Source: Longimicrobiales bacterium
GTDB lineage: Bacteria; Gemmatimonadota; Gemmatimonadetes; Longimicrobiales; Gaopeijiaceae
DNA: 64,000 bases
Direction: 5' to 3'
Assembly (NCBI GenBank): GCA_965219445.1
Contig: CBDCNQ010000005.1
Span: 1,568,001-1,632,000, forward strand
Shown here: positions 41,430 to 51,741 of the stretch, piece by piece
How the letters are laid out: every line of letters starts with the position of its first letter
Numbering within the stretch: position 1 is the stretch's first letter
Notes under the pieces: generated by a model
Told to the model about the DNA's origin: nothing
What the model saw: the letters and a program-made list of their open reading frames with translations, nothing else
The model's database searches: none
Position numbers and translations under genes: made by a program

Positions 41430-42079
41430 TCAGCGTGAAGGATTTGCTTCATCACGTGCTGGCTGTGCTCCACGATCCGGTCTACCGCAAGGCCAACGCC
41501 GGGGCGCTCAGGATGGAATGGCCGCGCATCCCGCTGCCCGGCTGGCCAGACGGCGAGGCTGAAGGAGCAGCTGAGGCGCTCGCCCGGTCGGCGACACATG
41601 GGCGCGAGCTAGCCGCTCTACTCGATCCAGAAATGCCGGTGCCCGGCGTCACTCGAACCCCGCTGCGTCCCGCCGCCGCCGCTATCGCTGTTCCGTGTAC
41701 CGTCGGGGGACGCAACATGGCGGGCGCCGATTTCGTCGTCACCGTCGGCTGGGGGCACTACGGGTCGGGCGACGCTGTGATGCCCGGCCGAGGCCGCGCC
41801 GAGGAACGAGCCTACACACCGGAGGAAACTACGGCCATGTTGGACGCGTTGCCGGTTCTCGGCGACAAGACCTTCGATGTCTACCTCAACGGGGAGGCAT
41901 TCTGGCGCAACATCCCCGCCGCGGTCTGGGACTACAGGCTCGGTGGCTACCAGATCCTCAAGAAGTGGTTGTCATACCGGGAACGTGAAGTCCTCGGCCG
42001 GAGACTTCGGACCGAGGAAGTTCAGCACTTCACCGATACGGCACGACGAATCGGTGCGATACTGGTAGCGCTAGGTTAG
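41423..42079 (+). pseudogene. C-terminal fragment of a Type ISP restriction-modification enzyme (specificity domain)
   Basis: AVLHDP.YR..NA..L...WPRIPLP and W.Y.LGGYQILKKWLSYRE; no methylase or helicase part. Confidence 0.7.
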
Positions 42080-42265
42080 GATGTCCTGCACGAGTTGCTT
42101 ACGCCGTGACTCTAACCCTCTCAAACGCGGGCGCAGGTGAATTGTCGTCGAGCCAGCGAGAAAGACCTAGACGCCGGGAGCGAGCCACCGCGCGGCGACG
42201 CCTACCAAGATCTTGGTAATTGTATACCCCTTACACGACAGGGACAGGGCGGCTAGCGTAGACGA

Positions 42266-42952
42266 ATGCGGAAACTCATCGTGCTGTGCGTTGCCGAAAT
42301 CATGATCGTAGCAGGGAGTTTCCTGGCCGAATATTTCTGGCCAGCAGGAGACCTTCGTTGGGCTTACGTATTGCTCGCTGGAGCAATCGTGATTCCACTG
42401 CTCTATAGTCCAGAAATTTGGGGCTTCATTCGCCGTCAAGCAACGAAGAGCAGAGAGGCAGACGACACCGAAGTAGAGTCGTCACCACTCCCCCCGGTTA
42501 TTCCCGAGCCGCGTGTTGTCACTACGGTTGACCCAGGGGAAAGCCAAGTTAGCCAGGGGAGAGGCAACCCACTCATCGTTCCAATCTGCATTACAGTAGA
42601 AAACGGCCTTGACGTAGCTGCGCACTTTAGCAAGCTCACACTCGATATTGAAATGAAGGGAGGGGAACGCTCAAGCTGTCAGTTCAAGCACTATCAGATT
42701 TCTCCTCCACCTAGTACCGAACCCAAGCCAGCTGTTTTCCTGTATCGGGTTAGTGATATATCTGTACCAGCTAGACAGTCTATACAGGGATGGGTGTGCT
42801 TTCAGCACGACATCATACGTATTCCATCTTTTGAGAGGTTCGTGTTCACTGCTCAGGCCATAGGTGAGCCCGAGCAAGAATTCAGTTTTGAGCCCTATGA
42901 TTGGCCGCAGGCGACCAATCATCATTCACGGCTCGTCAAGGTGTCGCAGTGA
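42266..42952 (+). CDS. Hypothetical protein with two N-terminal TMs
   Basis: Long ORF in visibly lower-GC DNA; no family recognised. Confidence 0.55.
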   Translation: MRKLIVLCVAEIMIVAGSFLAEYFWPAGDLRWAYVLLAGAIVIPLLYSPEIWGFIRRQATKSREADDTEVESSPLPPVIPEPRVVTTVDPGESQVSQGRGNPLIVPICITVENGLDVAAHFSKLTLDIEMKGGERSSCQFKHYQISPPPSTEPKPAVFLYRVSDISVPARQSIQGWVCFQHDIIRIPSFERFVFTAQAIGEPEQEFSFEPYDWPQATNHHSRLVKVSQ

Positions 42953-43292
42953 GGGGGCGGTCTATGCGTAGTAGCACATTGGGATCCTGCGGAGAAGGTA
43001 GATGACTCATCGCTTGCTGCTGCCTGACCTTGAAATACGCTCGGGAGCGTTCGGAAAGGTCCACCGGAACAACATCTACAATGTCATCGCTGTGTCCGTA
43101 CTAGGCGGTGAGCCAATGCGCCTGTGAGCTAGGATCAAAGGCATCATAGGGGCATGGCGACCGCTACCGGTACCGATCAGCAGCGAAGCAGCCCGAAGAC
43201 GAAGAGGCGTTCTCCTCCGGGAGCGGGTGCGCGTTCATCATTATTCGCGCAAGCAAGCAACCCAACCCGTCCTACCCAAGAGGAGGATGCCC

Positions 43293-44540
43293 ATGGAGAG
43301 GTATATCGGACTCGACGCACACGCGTCGAGCTGCACGCTGGGGATTGTAGGCCCCAGCGGCAAGCGCTTGGGCTCGCAGGTGGTGGAGACGAACGCGCGG
43401 GCGCTGATCGAGGTGCTGCGAGGGATTCCGAGGAACCGGCACTTATGCCTGGAAGAAGGGACGCTGTCGGGGTGGCTGTACGAGGTGCTGAAGCCGCACG
43501 TGGAGGAGCTGACGGTGGCGGGGGTCGGCAAGAGCCGGGGCCCGAAGACCGACAAGCTGGACGCGTTTGCCCTGGCGGAGAAGCTGCGGATCGGATCACT
43601 GGAGACGACGGTCTACAAGAACCGGGGCCAGTTCAGGCGGCTGGGGGAACGGGCGAAGAGCTACGACTTCTTGGTCGGCGACACGGTGCGGGTGAAGAAC
43701 CGGCTCAAGAGCGTGCTGCGCTCGAGAGGAGTGGCCTACGGCGCGGGGCGCTCGGTCTACTTAAAGCGCGACCGGGAGGAGTGGTTGGCCAAGCTGCCGG
43801 AAGCGAGCAGGACGACGGCCGGGTTGCTGTACGAGGAGCACGACGCACTCGTGGCATTGAGGGCGAAGGCCGAGAAGGCGTTGCTGGCGGAAGCACGCAA
43901 GCATCGAGAGTGGCATGTGCTGAAGACGTGCCCGGGTCTGGGTCCGATCCGGACGGCGGAGCTCCTGCCGGTGGTGGTGACGCCGTACCGGTTCCAGAGC
44001 CGGAGCAGGTTCTGGGCGTACTGCGGACTGGGCGTCGTGATGCGGAGCTCGTCGGACTGGGTGCGGGGTCCGGGTGGGCGGTGGGTAAGGGAACCGGTAC
44101 AGCAGACGCGGGGGCTGAATCGGAACTTCAACCACACGCTGAAGCGTGTGTTCAAGGGCGCAGCGACGACGGTGATCGGTCGGGCCGAGGACGAGCCCTT
44201 GTACCGCCACTACGAGCGACTCCTGGAGGGGGGCACGAAGCCGAATCTGGCGAAGCTGACGATCGCGCGTCAGCTCGCCTCGATCGTGCTAGCGGTGTGG
44301 CGCACGGGCGAAGCGTACGACCCAAGAGACTGGAAGCGACGGAGTAAACCGGCCTGGGATCGGCGAGCGTGGGGTCGAAAGCGGTCACAACATGGGGTCC
44401 GACGAAACGGAAGCGAACCGGTTACAGGGGACAGCATCCATACACACCGTGGGCCGGGGCAGAGAGCCCAAGCCCCCACTCAAAGGCTATGCACCCCTGG
44501 AAGAGCCGAACGAAGCGATGGGCCACAGAGTCCCAGATAG
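43293..44540 (+). CDS. IS110-family DEDD recombinase/transposase, C-terminus extended by an apparent 1-nt deletion
   Basis: YIGLDAH, CLEEG, KTDKLDA, PGLG and AYCGLG...RSS; AGGAGG RBS; probable ancestral stop at 44347. Confidence 0.9.
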   Translation: MERYIGLDAHASSCTLGIVGPSGKRLGSQVVETNARALIEVLRGIPRNRHLCLEEGTLSGWLYEVLKPHVEELTVAGVGKSRGPKTDKLDAFALAEKLRIGSLETTVYKNRGQFRRLGERAKSYDFLVGDTVRVKNRLKSVLRSRGVAYGAGRSVYLKRDREEWLAKLPEASRTTAGLLYEEHDALVALRAKAEKALLAEARKHREWHVLKTCPGLGPIRTAELLPVVVTPYRFQSRSRFWAYCGLGVVMRSSSDWVRGPGGRWVREPVQQTRGLNRNFNHTLKRVFKGAATTVIGRAEDEPLYRHYERLLEGGTKPNLAKLTIARQLASIVLAVWRTGEAYDPRDWKRRSKPAWDRRAWGRKRSQHGVRRNGSEPVTGDSIHTHRGPGQRAQAPTQRLCTPGRAERSDGPQSPR

Positions 44541-44605
44541 AAGGATGGTTCCCGCTCCAGAGCGGAGAACGCGACGGCTGTGAACGTCTTCCGGACTGCG
44601 ATGCG
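44425..44605 (+). ncRNA. Candidate bridge/seek RNA core in the IS110 3' non-coding end (ends approximate)
   Basis: Stem-enclosed loop with tacacacc (44441-48) and tcaaagg (44480-86) matching the target; atagaagg (44537-44) matching the donor. Confidence 0.7.
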
Positions 44606-44735
44606 GACCCTGCGAGCGCACCCCTCCCCACCCTGAGTCGTCGACCGGGCAATCCAAACCATGCGGACGCCGACGGTCAAAAAATGAGCCGACGGCGCGT
44701 GGGGAAGGTGCGTCTTGACCGCCAGCCCCATAGAA

Positions 44736-45245
44736 GGGGGGCACGAAGCCGAATCTGGCGAAGCTGACGATCGCGCGTCAGCTCGCCTCGATCGTGCTAG
44801 CGGTGTGGCGCACGGGCGAAGCGTACGACCCCAAGAGACTGGAAGCGACGGAGTAAACCGGCCTGGGATCGGCGAGCGTGGGGTCGAAAGCGGTCACAAC
44901 ATGGGGTCCGACGAAACGGAAGCGAACCGGTTACAGGGGACAGCATCCATACACACCGTGGGCCGGGGCAGAGAGCCCAAGCCCCCACTCAAAGGCTATG
45001 CACCCCTGGAGAGCCGAACGAAGCGATGGGCCACAGAGTCCCAGATAGAAGGATGGTTCCCGCTCCAGAGCGGAGAACGCGACGGCTGTGAACGTCTTCC
45101 GGACTGCGATGCGGACCCTGCGAGCGCACCCCTCCCCACCCTGAGTCGTCGACCGGGCAATCCAAACCATGCGGACGCCGACGGTCAAAAAATGAGCCGA
45201 CGGCGCGTGGGGAAGGTGCGTCTTGACCGCCAGCCCCATAGAAGG
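44736..45245 (+). repeat. Tandem 508-bp repeat of the IS110 3' part (44228-44735), including the non-coding end
   Basis: Direct comparison; two 1-nt indels relative to copy 1 (gacccc vs gaccc; ctggagag vs ctggaagag). Confidence 0.9.
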
Positions 45246-45341
45246 GTGTGTAAAAAAAGAGGCGACGTACCTTTCCGCTAGGTAGTAAGAAGTTAACCAG
45301 CGAATCCCGGGTGAGCGCCCGGGGGAAAGGAACGATGCCTC

Positions 45342-46586
45342 GTGAGGAAGAATATGGTGGGACCCGAGAGTGAGTCCAGCACGCCGACGTGGGAGTGCTT
45401 GGAAGCGCTGGTTCGTGAGAAGGCCCAGGAGATGGTCCAGCGGATTCTGGAGGAGGAAGTGACGGAGTTGCTCGGCCGGGAGAAGTCGGAGCGGAAGACG
45501 GTCGTAGACCCGGCGCCAGGCTACCGCAACGGCTACGGCAAGGCTCGGCGGCTGGCGATGAGCTCGGGCACGATCATGCTCCGACGGCCCCGGGTTCGAG
45601 GCATTGAGGAGCGGTTCGAGAGTCGGGTGTTGCCGTTGTTCGCACGACGGACGAAGGAGGTGGGTGCTCTGCTTCCGGAGCTGTATCTGCACGGGCTGGC
45701 GGAGGGAGACTTCGAGCTGGCGATGCGGGGCCTGCTGGGCGAGGGGGCCCCGTTGTCGAAGTCTTCGATTTGGCGGCTGCGGGCGGGATGGACAAGGAAA
45801 TTCGAGGAATGGTCGAAGCGCTCGCTGGCCGACCGTGAGGTCGTCTACGTCTGGGCGGACGGGATCTACGTGAAGGCGGGGCTCGAGCGGGACAAGGCAG
45901 CGCTGCTGGTGGTTCTCGGTGCGATGCGAGATGGTACGAAGGAGGTGTTGGCCCTGAGATCGGGCTACCGAGAGTCGGTCGAGTCCTGGTCCGAGGTGTT
46001 GCGGGATCTGAAGGCACGCGGCATCGAGGCGCCCCGGCTTTTGATGGCGGACGGCAACGCGGCGATCTGGGGCGCAGTACGGCAGGTATGGCCTGAGGCG
46101 GGCGAGCAACGGTGCTGGAACCACAAGATGAGGAACGTGCTGGACCGGCTGCCTCAGCGGGAGCAGAGCGAGGCGAAGGACCTTCTCAGGACCGTGGTCT
46201 ACGCACCGAGGCGGTCCGAGGCGCTGAAGGCCCGTGAGGCGTTCGCCAGGCGCTACAGACCGTGGTATCCGAAGGCGGTGGATGTACTCGAGGACGACTG
46301 GGAGCGGATGGTGGCGTTCTACGACTTCCCCGAGGACCACTGGAAGCATCTACGCACGACGAACGTGGTCGAGAGCCCCTTTGCCGCAGTACGGCTCAGG
46401 ACAACGGCGGCGAAGCGCTTCAAGCGGGTCGAGAGCGCTACGGCGCTGATCTGGAAGCTGCTCTTGGTGGCGGAGAAGCGCTTCAGAAGGCTCGACGCTC
46501 CTCACCTCCTCAAGGACGTATTTGAAGGAAGAAAGTTCGAAGACGGAAAGCCCGTCTCAACCCAACAGCGGAAAAACGCCGCCTGA
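45342..46586 (+). CDS. IS256-family (Mutator-like) DDE transposase
   Basis: YRNGYG, LYLHGL, VWADGIY, MADG, QRCWNHK and RTTNVVES motifs. Confidence 0.92.
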   Translation: MRKNMVGPESESSTPTWECLEALVREKAQEMVQRILEEEVTELLGREKSERKTVVDPAPGYRNGYGKARRLAMSSGTIMLRRPRVRGIEERFESRVLPLFARRTKEVGALLPELYLHGLAEGDFELAMRGLLGEGAPLSKSSIWRLRAGWTRKFEEWSKRSLADREVVYVWADGIYVKAGLERDKAALLVVLGAMRDGTKEVLALRSGYRESVESWSEVLRDLKARGIEAPRLLMADGNAAIWGAVRQVWPEAGEQRCWNHKMRNVLDRLPQREQSEAKDLLRTVVYAPRRSEALKAREAFARRYRPWYPKAVDVLEDDWERMVAFYDFPEDHWKHLRTTNVVESPFAAVRLRTTAAKRFKRVESATALIWKLLLVAEKRFRRLDAPHLLKDVFEGRKFEDGKPVSTQQRKNAA

Positions 46587-46750
46587 AACATTTACACACC
46601 TATTGACCCAACCTCTGCGCCTGACTGCCGACGCATTGAGCGCAAATGAGTTCTCATCCTACGTGGAGAACCTAAAGAAGCGATTAGACACTCTTGTGGC
46701 AGAGGCGAGGGCCGACGAGACGAAGCTTCGAAAGAGCCAGGGTCTACCCC

Positions 46751-47640
46751 TTATGCGGCCGTCAGCTCCCGATATCGAAGAGCCTCCCGATCCAGGAGCC
46801 GGGTCATGATCGTCTCGAAGATGTACGGGTTGTGCCGGTTGTTGAACCTGAACTCGACCTCGGAGAGGTAGGCGTCCAGGTGCTTCGCGCTGATCTGGTG
46901 CCACGCGCCGACGATGGAGCGCTTGAGCAGGCTCCAGACGCCCTCGACGCTGTTCGTGTGAACGTCACCGGCCACCCCACTCCTCCTCGCAGTGCCTGAC
47001 CGTCTCGTGGCGCGTGTCGTGGTCGGCGATCCCGAGGTAGGACTTGAGCTCGTCGGTGTAAATCGCCTCGGTGTCGGGCCGCGTGTTCCTGGCGATGAAG
47101 GCGTGGAGCGTGGCCCGCTTGATGTCGGGAACGGCCTTGATGCGGACCTCGCCGCCACGCTGGACGGCCCCTGCCACCCATGTCTTGTCGACCCGGTTGC
47201 CGGTCCCGACCCCGCGCCTCTTGCCGCTGATCAGGGTCTCGTCCACCTCGACCACCCCGAACAGGGTCGGTCCGCCGACTACACGGCTCTTCATGGCCGT
47301 ACGGATGCGGTGGCACAGGTGCCACGCGGTCTTGTAGGAGACGCCGATCATCCGCTTGATCTGGTTCGCGCTGATGCTCTTCTTCGACTCGCAGATCAGG
47401 TAGATCGTCACGAACCACTTCCAGAGCGGAAGGTTCGTGTTGTCGAAGATCGTCCCAGACGTGACGCTGAAGCGGTAGCGGCACCCGTTGCAATCGAACT
47501 GGTCGCGGGTGCTGATCTCGGAGACGGACAGGCCCCCGCAACGGGGGCAGCAGACGCCAGCGGACCAGCGCAGCTTTTCGAGATACTCGCGGCAAGTCTC
47601 TTCGTCGCGGAACTTCTCGATCAAGGAAATCAGATTGATT
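46751..47640 (-). pseudogene. IS1595-family transposase, frameshifted
   Basis: Zn ribbon CPRC/CNGC, TAW..CHRIR, VEVDET, IYTDE, HTNSVEGVWS and YLSE..FRFN; extra G near 46975. Confidence 0.85.
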
Positions 47641-48229
47641 CTCCCGTCCTAGCTGTCTCTCGCGAAGGCGGTACAGCGCTAATGGGCGCGGCGTTTCAAC
47701 GGACCGGACCAGCGGCCTCCCGGTTTCGACGCTCGCTGGCCAGATAGGCCGACCGGTCGTCCATGAGTCGGCCAAAGTGGGATCGCTTCGGTCGAGGTAT
47801 GGAATCACCCTGCCGACGGGTGAGGCTCGGTGCGCACGGGCGACCGGACTCCTTTGATGGCAGCCACTTTCAACCTCCTACCGGTCCGCGTCATCACACC
47901 ACGACCGAACGGCTACCTTCGGTCGGCGCTCATCCGGCGACGCCTCGTATCGGGCGCGGCCAACCCCTGCTGCAGCCGCCCGTTCGTTTTGTATATCCGA
48001 AGTGATCCACAACGTATCGGCTACCGGCTAACCGCAAGCGTAGCAATAGGTTACTGAATCATTCGTCGGTTCAACCAGGACTGCGCGATCTGCTGCACTT
48101 GCCGTCCTACCATACCTGATGCTGCCGTGCTTAAAGGGCGGGGAAACGGCATCAAGTGGCGGGTATGACTGGCAGGCATCTCGAACCCGGATCAAGGACC
48201 AGTTGTTTGGGGTCAGCACCGGTCCATTC

Positions 48230-49062
48230 GGATGTGTTGCAACTTTCAAAAATCAGCAAGAGAGCGACTGGTTGGGTCGACCAGGCTCCGTCTTACTGCG
48301 GCCACTTCGAACAGCTTGTTGATGAACTGAATCTGTTGCCGAACATCCGAACCGCTCACCCACCTCGCCTGACCCTTCCGGATCATGTGAATTGCCTCAT
48401 AATCCTTGGATCGTTCGCCGTGCCGCGTGAAATTCACGAAAGCCCTGCTTGGCCTTCACGCGTCGTTTGATCGCTCGATGATCCTGCTCCAGGATGTTGT
48501 TCAAGTATTGGATCGGCCGGTGACGGCAACGGTGTCGCAGGATTCCTTCCTGCTTCACTCCTGAAATCGCCGCGCCATAGAGGCGTGCTTGGTCCGTATA
48601 GATAACCCGGGGCTGCCGATGCGACGGATTCGTCAGCGCCTGGCGGAACAGGCGTTTGGCCGTAGCGGCATCGCGCAACCTCGAGAGCACGAAGTCGGTC
48701 GTGGCGCCGGTGGAATCGATGGCTCGGTAGAGGTAGCACCAACGGCCCTTGACACGAACGTAGGTCTCATCGACCCGCCAGGACCTGTTGGTTGGCTTGA
48801 GATGACGGCGCAGCCGCGCCTCCAGTTCGGGACCGTAGCGCTGGACCCGGCGCCAGATTGTCGTGTGGTCCGCCTCCAGGCCGCGCTCGCTGAACAGCTC
48901 TTCGACATCGCGGAACGAGAGCGAGTACCGAAGGTACCAGCGCACGGCGCAAAGAATCGGCTCGGGCTCGGTTTGTCGCCACTTGAAGATCGCCGGTCGG
49001 ATTGTCTTTTTCATGATCTCTTCAGGTTACCAGCCGCTGTCCGCCAAAGTTGCAACACAACC
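48230..49062 (-). mobile_element. IS6-family element (833 bp) with frameshifted transposase
   Basis: 17-bp IRs ggatgtgttgcaacttt / aaagttgcaacacaacc; VRWYLRY.LS, WRVDETY and NNILEQDHR; +1 shift near 48400. Confidence 0.88.
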
Positions 49063-49296
49063 CTTCGAAGTGCAGTTCCGACTCCGTCGTCTTGCTGCCC
49101 TCAACTAAATCCATCGCTTTCAAGCTTGTACCACAGATCGAAAGGAGTTAAGTGTCAGGTGAGGAATCCGTGGGAAAAGCCCGCATTAGAACCGAGCAGT
49201 GCAACGATCCGGACGACCGCCCTTGACATCGGTCAGCCGGTGGGTCATTCCCCGTAATCAAAATTGCGCGCTATGCGGCCTATCAGGAGAAGCACG

Positions 49297-50235
49297 ATGC
49301 AAGTCATCTTGGCACAACCGCGCGGTTTTTGCGCCGGTGTCGAGCGCGCCATCGAAATCGTCGAAACGGCCCTGCATCAATACGGCCCCCCGGTTTACGT
49401 GCGCCACGAAATCGTCCATAACCGGCACGTCGTGGAGGATCTGAAGGCGAAGGGCGTGCGTTTCGTCGACCAAGTCGAGCAGATTCCCAGCGGGGCCCTC
49501 ACGGTATTCAGTGCCCACGGCGTGTCGGCAAAGGTCGAGCAGGACGCATCGGTGCGCCGCCTGCGGACGCTGGATGCTACTTGCCCGCTGGTCTCCAAGG
49601 TACACATCGAGGGGCGCCGCTACGCCGCCAAGGGCTACACCATCATTCTGATCGGTCATGAAAACCATCCGGAGGTCGAGGGCACCGTGGGTCAGATCCC
49701 GGGGCGGGTACTGCTGGTGGGCGACGTGGCCGATGTGGAAATGCTCCAGGTCCGCGACCCCGACAGAGTTGCCTATATCACACAGACGACTCTGTCGGTC
49801 GACGACACCCGGGACGTGATCTCAGCCCTGCGCAATCGATTCCCCAAGATTGTCGGCCCGGGGGTCAAGGACATTTGCTACGCGACCCAGAACCGTCAGG
49901 CCGCCGTAAGAACGCTCGCCTCCTTCGTGGACCTGGTGTTCGTGGTCGGTGCCCAGAACAGCTCCAATTCAAACCGCTTGTGCGAGGTCAGTAACGACAG
50001 CGGCGTGCCGAGCTATCTGATCGAGGATCCGTCGGCGCTCGATCCAGTTTGGCTCCACGGCAAGAAGAGCGTCGGCATTACCGCCGGTGCCTCGACCCCC
50101 GAGGAACTGGTGCAGGACCTCATCGCGAAGATGCGGGAATACGTTGACGTCGAACTCTCGACGATGGATGGCATCGTCGAGAACGTTCGCTTCAGCCTGC
50201 TTCCAAAACTGAGCCAAGCCGCCGTTGCCCAATAG
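49297..50235 (+). CDS. ispH: 4-hydroxy-3-methylbut-2-enyl diphosphate reductase
   Basis: [35 protein letters not shown] and TAGASTP motifs. Confidence 0.93.
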   Translation: MQVILAQPRGFCAGVERAIEIVETALHQYGPPVYVRHEIVHNRHVVEDLKAKGVRFVDQVEQIPSGALTVFSAHGVSAKVEQDASVRRLRTLDATCPLVSKVHIEGRRYAAKGYTIILIGHENHPEVEGTVGQIPGRVLLVGDVADVEMLQVRDPDRVAYITQTTLSVDDTRDVISALRNRFPKIVGPGVKDICYATQNRQAAVRTLASFVDLVFVVGAQNSSNSNRLCEVSNDSGVPSYLIEDPSALDPVWLHGKKSVGITAGASTPEELVQDLIAKMREYVDVELSTMDGIVENVRFSLLPKLSQAAVAQ

Positions 50236-50684
50236 CGGGAAGGTGTCACACCGATTGCCACGACACCCGCGGCCGAGATCTCGATACACTGGACCGCGAC
50301 GGCAGGCGGTCAAAGAGTACCGGCCCACCGGCCTGGTAGCGCGTAGATGCTTGCGCACTTGAGCCGGAGCATGCGGATAGCGGCGCGGTCCCCGCCGAGA
50401 CAGAAAGCGTTCGGCTTGACAGGGACCCTCAACCAGTCCACATACATGCCCACTGGCCACACACACCAAGCCACCAGGGGCGGCGTGTGGGAGTCTTAAC
50501 ACTGACGGGCATGGTTCTGTTACCATCCGCGGATGGAACTCGCCAAAGCTACCGCGCTTTCGCACCTGACCCGCGACGCTCTCCGCCGAATCTTCTTCGA
50601 CAAGCTTGACGTGGTCTTCCTCGGATTCATCCTCTTCGCACTCATCCTCGGAGGCCGCCGTCATGCCAGGGCCTGTTACCGCTA

Positions 50685-51716
50685 ATGTGCTCCGATGGGA
50701 TATCAGACAGCGATCTCGCCTACCAGGCAGAACTCCTGCAGCGCGTATCCCGCACCTTCGCTCTCACGATTCCGCAGCTTCCAACCGGGCTCCGCGATGT
50801 GGTGGAAAACGCCTACCTCCTGTGCCGGATTACCGACACGATCGAAGACGAGCCCGCGCTGTCCGCCAGGCAGAAGCGGGTGTTCTGGGAACGGTTCATC
50901 GACATTGTCGCTGGTCGGGACACCGTGGAGCCGTTCGCGCGCGAGCTCGGTGCCGGGCTGTCGTCGTCGACCCCCACTAGTGAACATGACCTGATCGCCA
51001 ACACTGCCCGCGTAATCCGCATCACACGCGGGTTTGAGCCCGCGCAGCGCGAGGCGCTCGCACGCTGCGTGCAAATCATGGCCCGAGGCATGGCGGACTT
51101 TCAGTTGCAGGCAACTCCTGTTGTCGGCCTAGCCGACCTAGCTCACCTCGACCGCTACTGCTACTACGTCGCTGGCGTGGTAGGCGAGATGCTTACCGAG
51201 CTGTTCTGCGATTATTCCGCGGAAATCAACGCGCATCGGGAGGAGTTGCTCAGGTTATCCGTGTCGTTCGGCCAAGGGCTGCAGATGACCAACATCCTCA
51301 AGGATGTATGGGACGACTGGCAGCGCGGGGCGTGCTGGTTGCCGCGGGACGTCTTCCTGGATGCCGGTTTCGACCTGCGCTCCCTGTCAGCGAACCGGAA
51401 CGATCCGCGCTTCGCTAATGGACTTTTCACCCTGGTGGGCATCGCCCACGGTCACCTGGCAAATGCGCTGCGCTACATCCATATCATCCCGGCCCACGAA
51501 ACCGGCATCCGCCGACACTGCCTGTGGGCGTTGGGCATGGCTGTGCTGACGCTACGCCGCATTCACGCGAGGCCGGCGTTCCAAAGTGGCCGGCAGGTCA
51601 AGATCTCGCGGCGCAGCGTGCGGACAGTCACCGTCGTCACCAGCAGCCTGGTCCGCTCGAACCTGGCGCTAACGCTGCTGTTCAGGGCACTCACTCGCGG
51701 ACTGCCACGTGGGTGA
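50685..51716 (+). CDS. Squalene/phytoene synthase family protein (squalene synthase-like)
   Basis: [31 protein letters not shown] and [10 protein letters not shown] motifs. Confidence 0.85.
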   Translation: MCSDGISDSDLAYQAELLQRVSRTFALTIPQLPTGLRDVVENAYLLCRITDTIEDEPALSARQKRVFWERFIDIVAGRDTVEPFARELGAGLSSSTPTSEHDLIANTARVIRITRGFEPAQREALARCVQIMARGMADFQLQATPVVGLADLAHLDRYCYYVAGVVGEMLTELFCDYSAEINAHREELLRLSVSFGQGLQMTNILKDVWDDWQRGACWLPRDVFLDAGFDLRSLSANRNDPRFANGLFTLVGIAHGHLANALRYIHIIPAHETGIRRHCLWALGMAVLTLRRIHARPAFQSGRQVKISRRSVRTVTVVTSSLVRSNLALTLLFRALTRGLPRG

Positions 51717-51741
51717 TTCAGACGCGCGGTTATGTTTCACG

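Larger units (their letters stand above)
43142..44737 (+). mobile_element. IS110/IS1111-type element, copy 1
   Basis: Bounded by GG cores (43140-41, 44736-37); imperfect sub-terminal IR ggggc(a)tggcg; long 3' non-coding end; near-identical copy at +17924. Confidence 0.88.
43126..46615 (+). mobile_element. IS256-family element, copy 1, left IR split by a nested IS110-family element
   Basis: Rejoined left end gagctaggatcaaagg|gtgtgtaaa matches the reverse complement of 46591-46615 at 20/25; direct repeat tgcgcctg at 43117-24 and 46616-23. Confidence 0.88.
43002..46809 (+). pseudogene. Small hypothetical gene split by the IS256::IS110 insertion
   Basis: 43002-43124 (MTHRLL...EPMRL) continues in frame at 46624 (TADALSANEF...) once the element and one direct-repeat copy are removed. 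Confidence 0.55.

Noticed and set aside
43154..44347. 397-aa ORF overlapping the IS110 gene (also 61078-62271)
   Set aside because: Alternative frame with no motifs; only its last codons (PKRLEATE) appear to be the displaced true C-terminus
44228..45245. Possible CRISPR-like or multi-guide array
   Set aside because: Only two 508-bp units with identical guide segments; no short repeat-spacer pattern and no cas genes
44931..46349. 472-aa minus-strand ORF (also 62404-63765)
   Set aside because: Antisense shadow of the IS256 transposase in high-GC DNA
50240..50680. Possible IS end or structured RNA between ispH and the synthase (ggttctgttacc resembles an IS6 IR)
   Set aside because: No partner repeat, transposase or convincing fold found by eye
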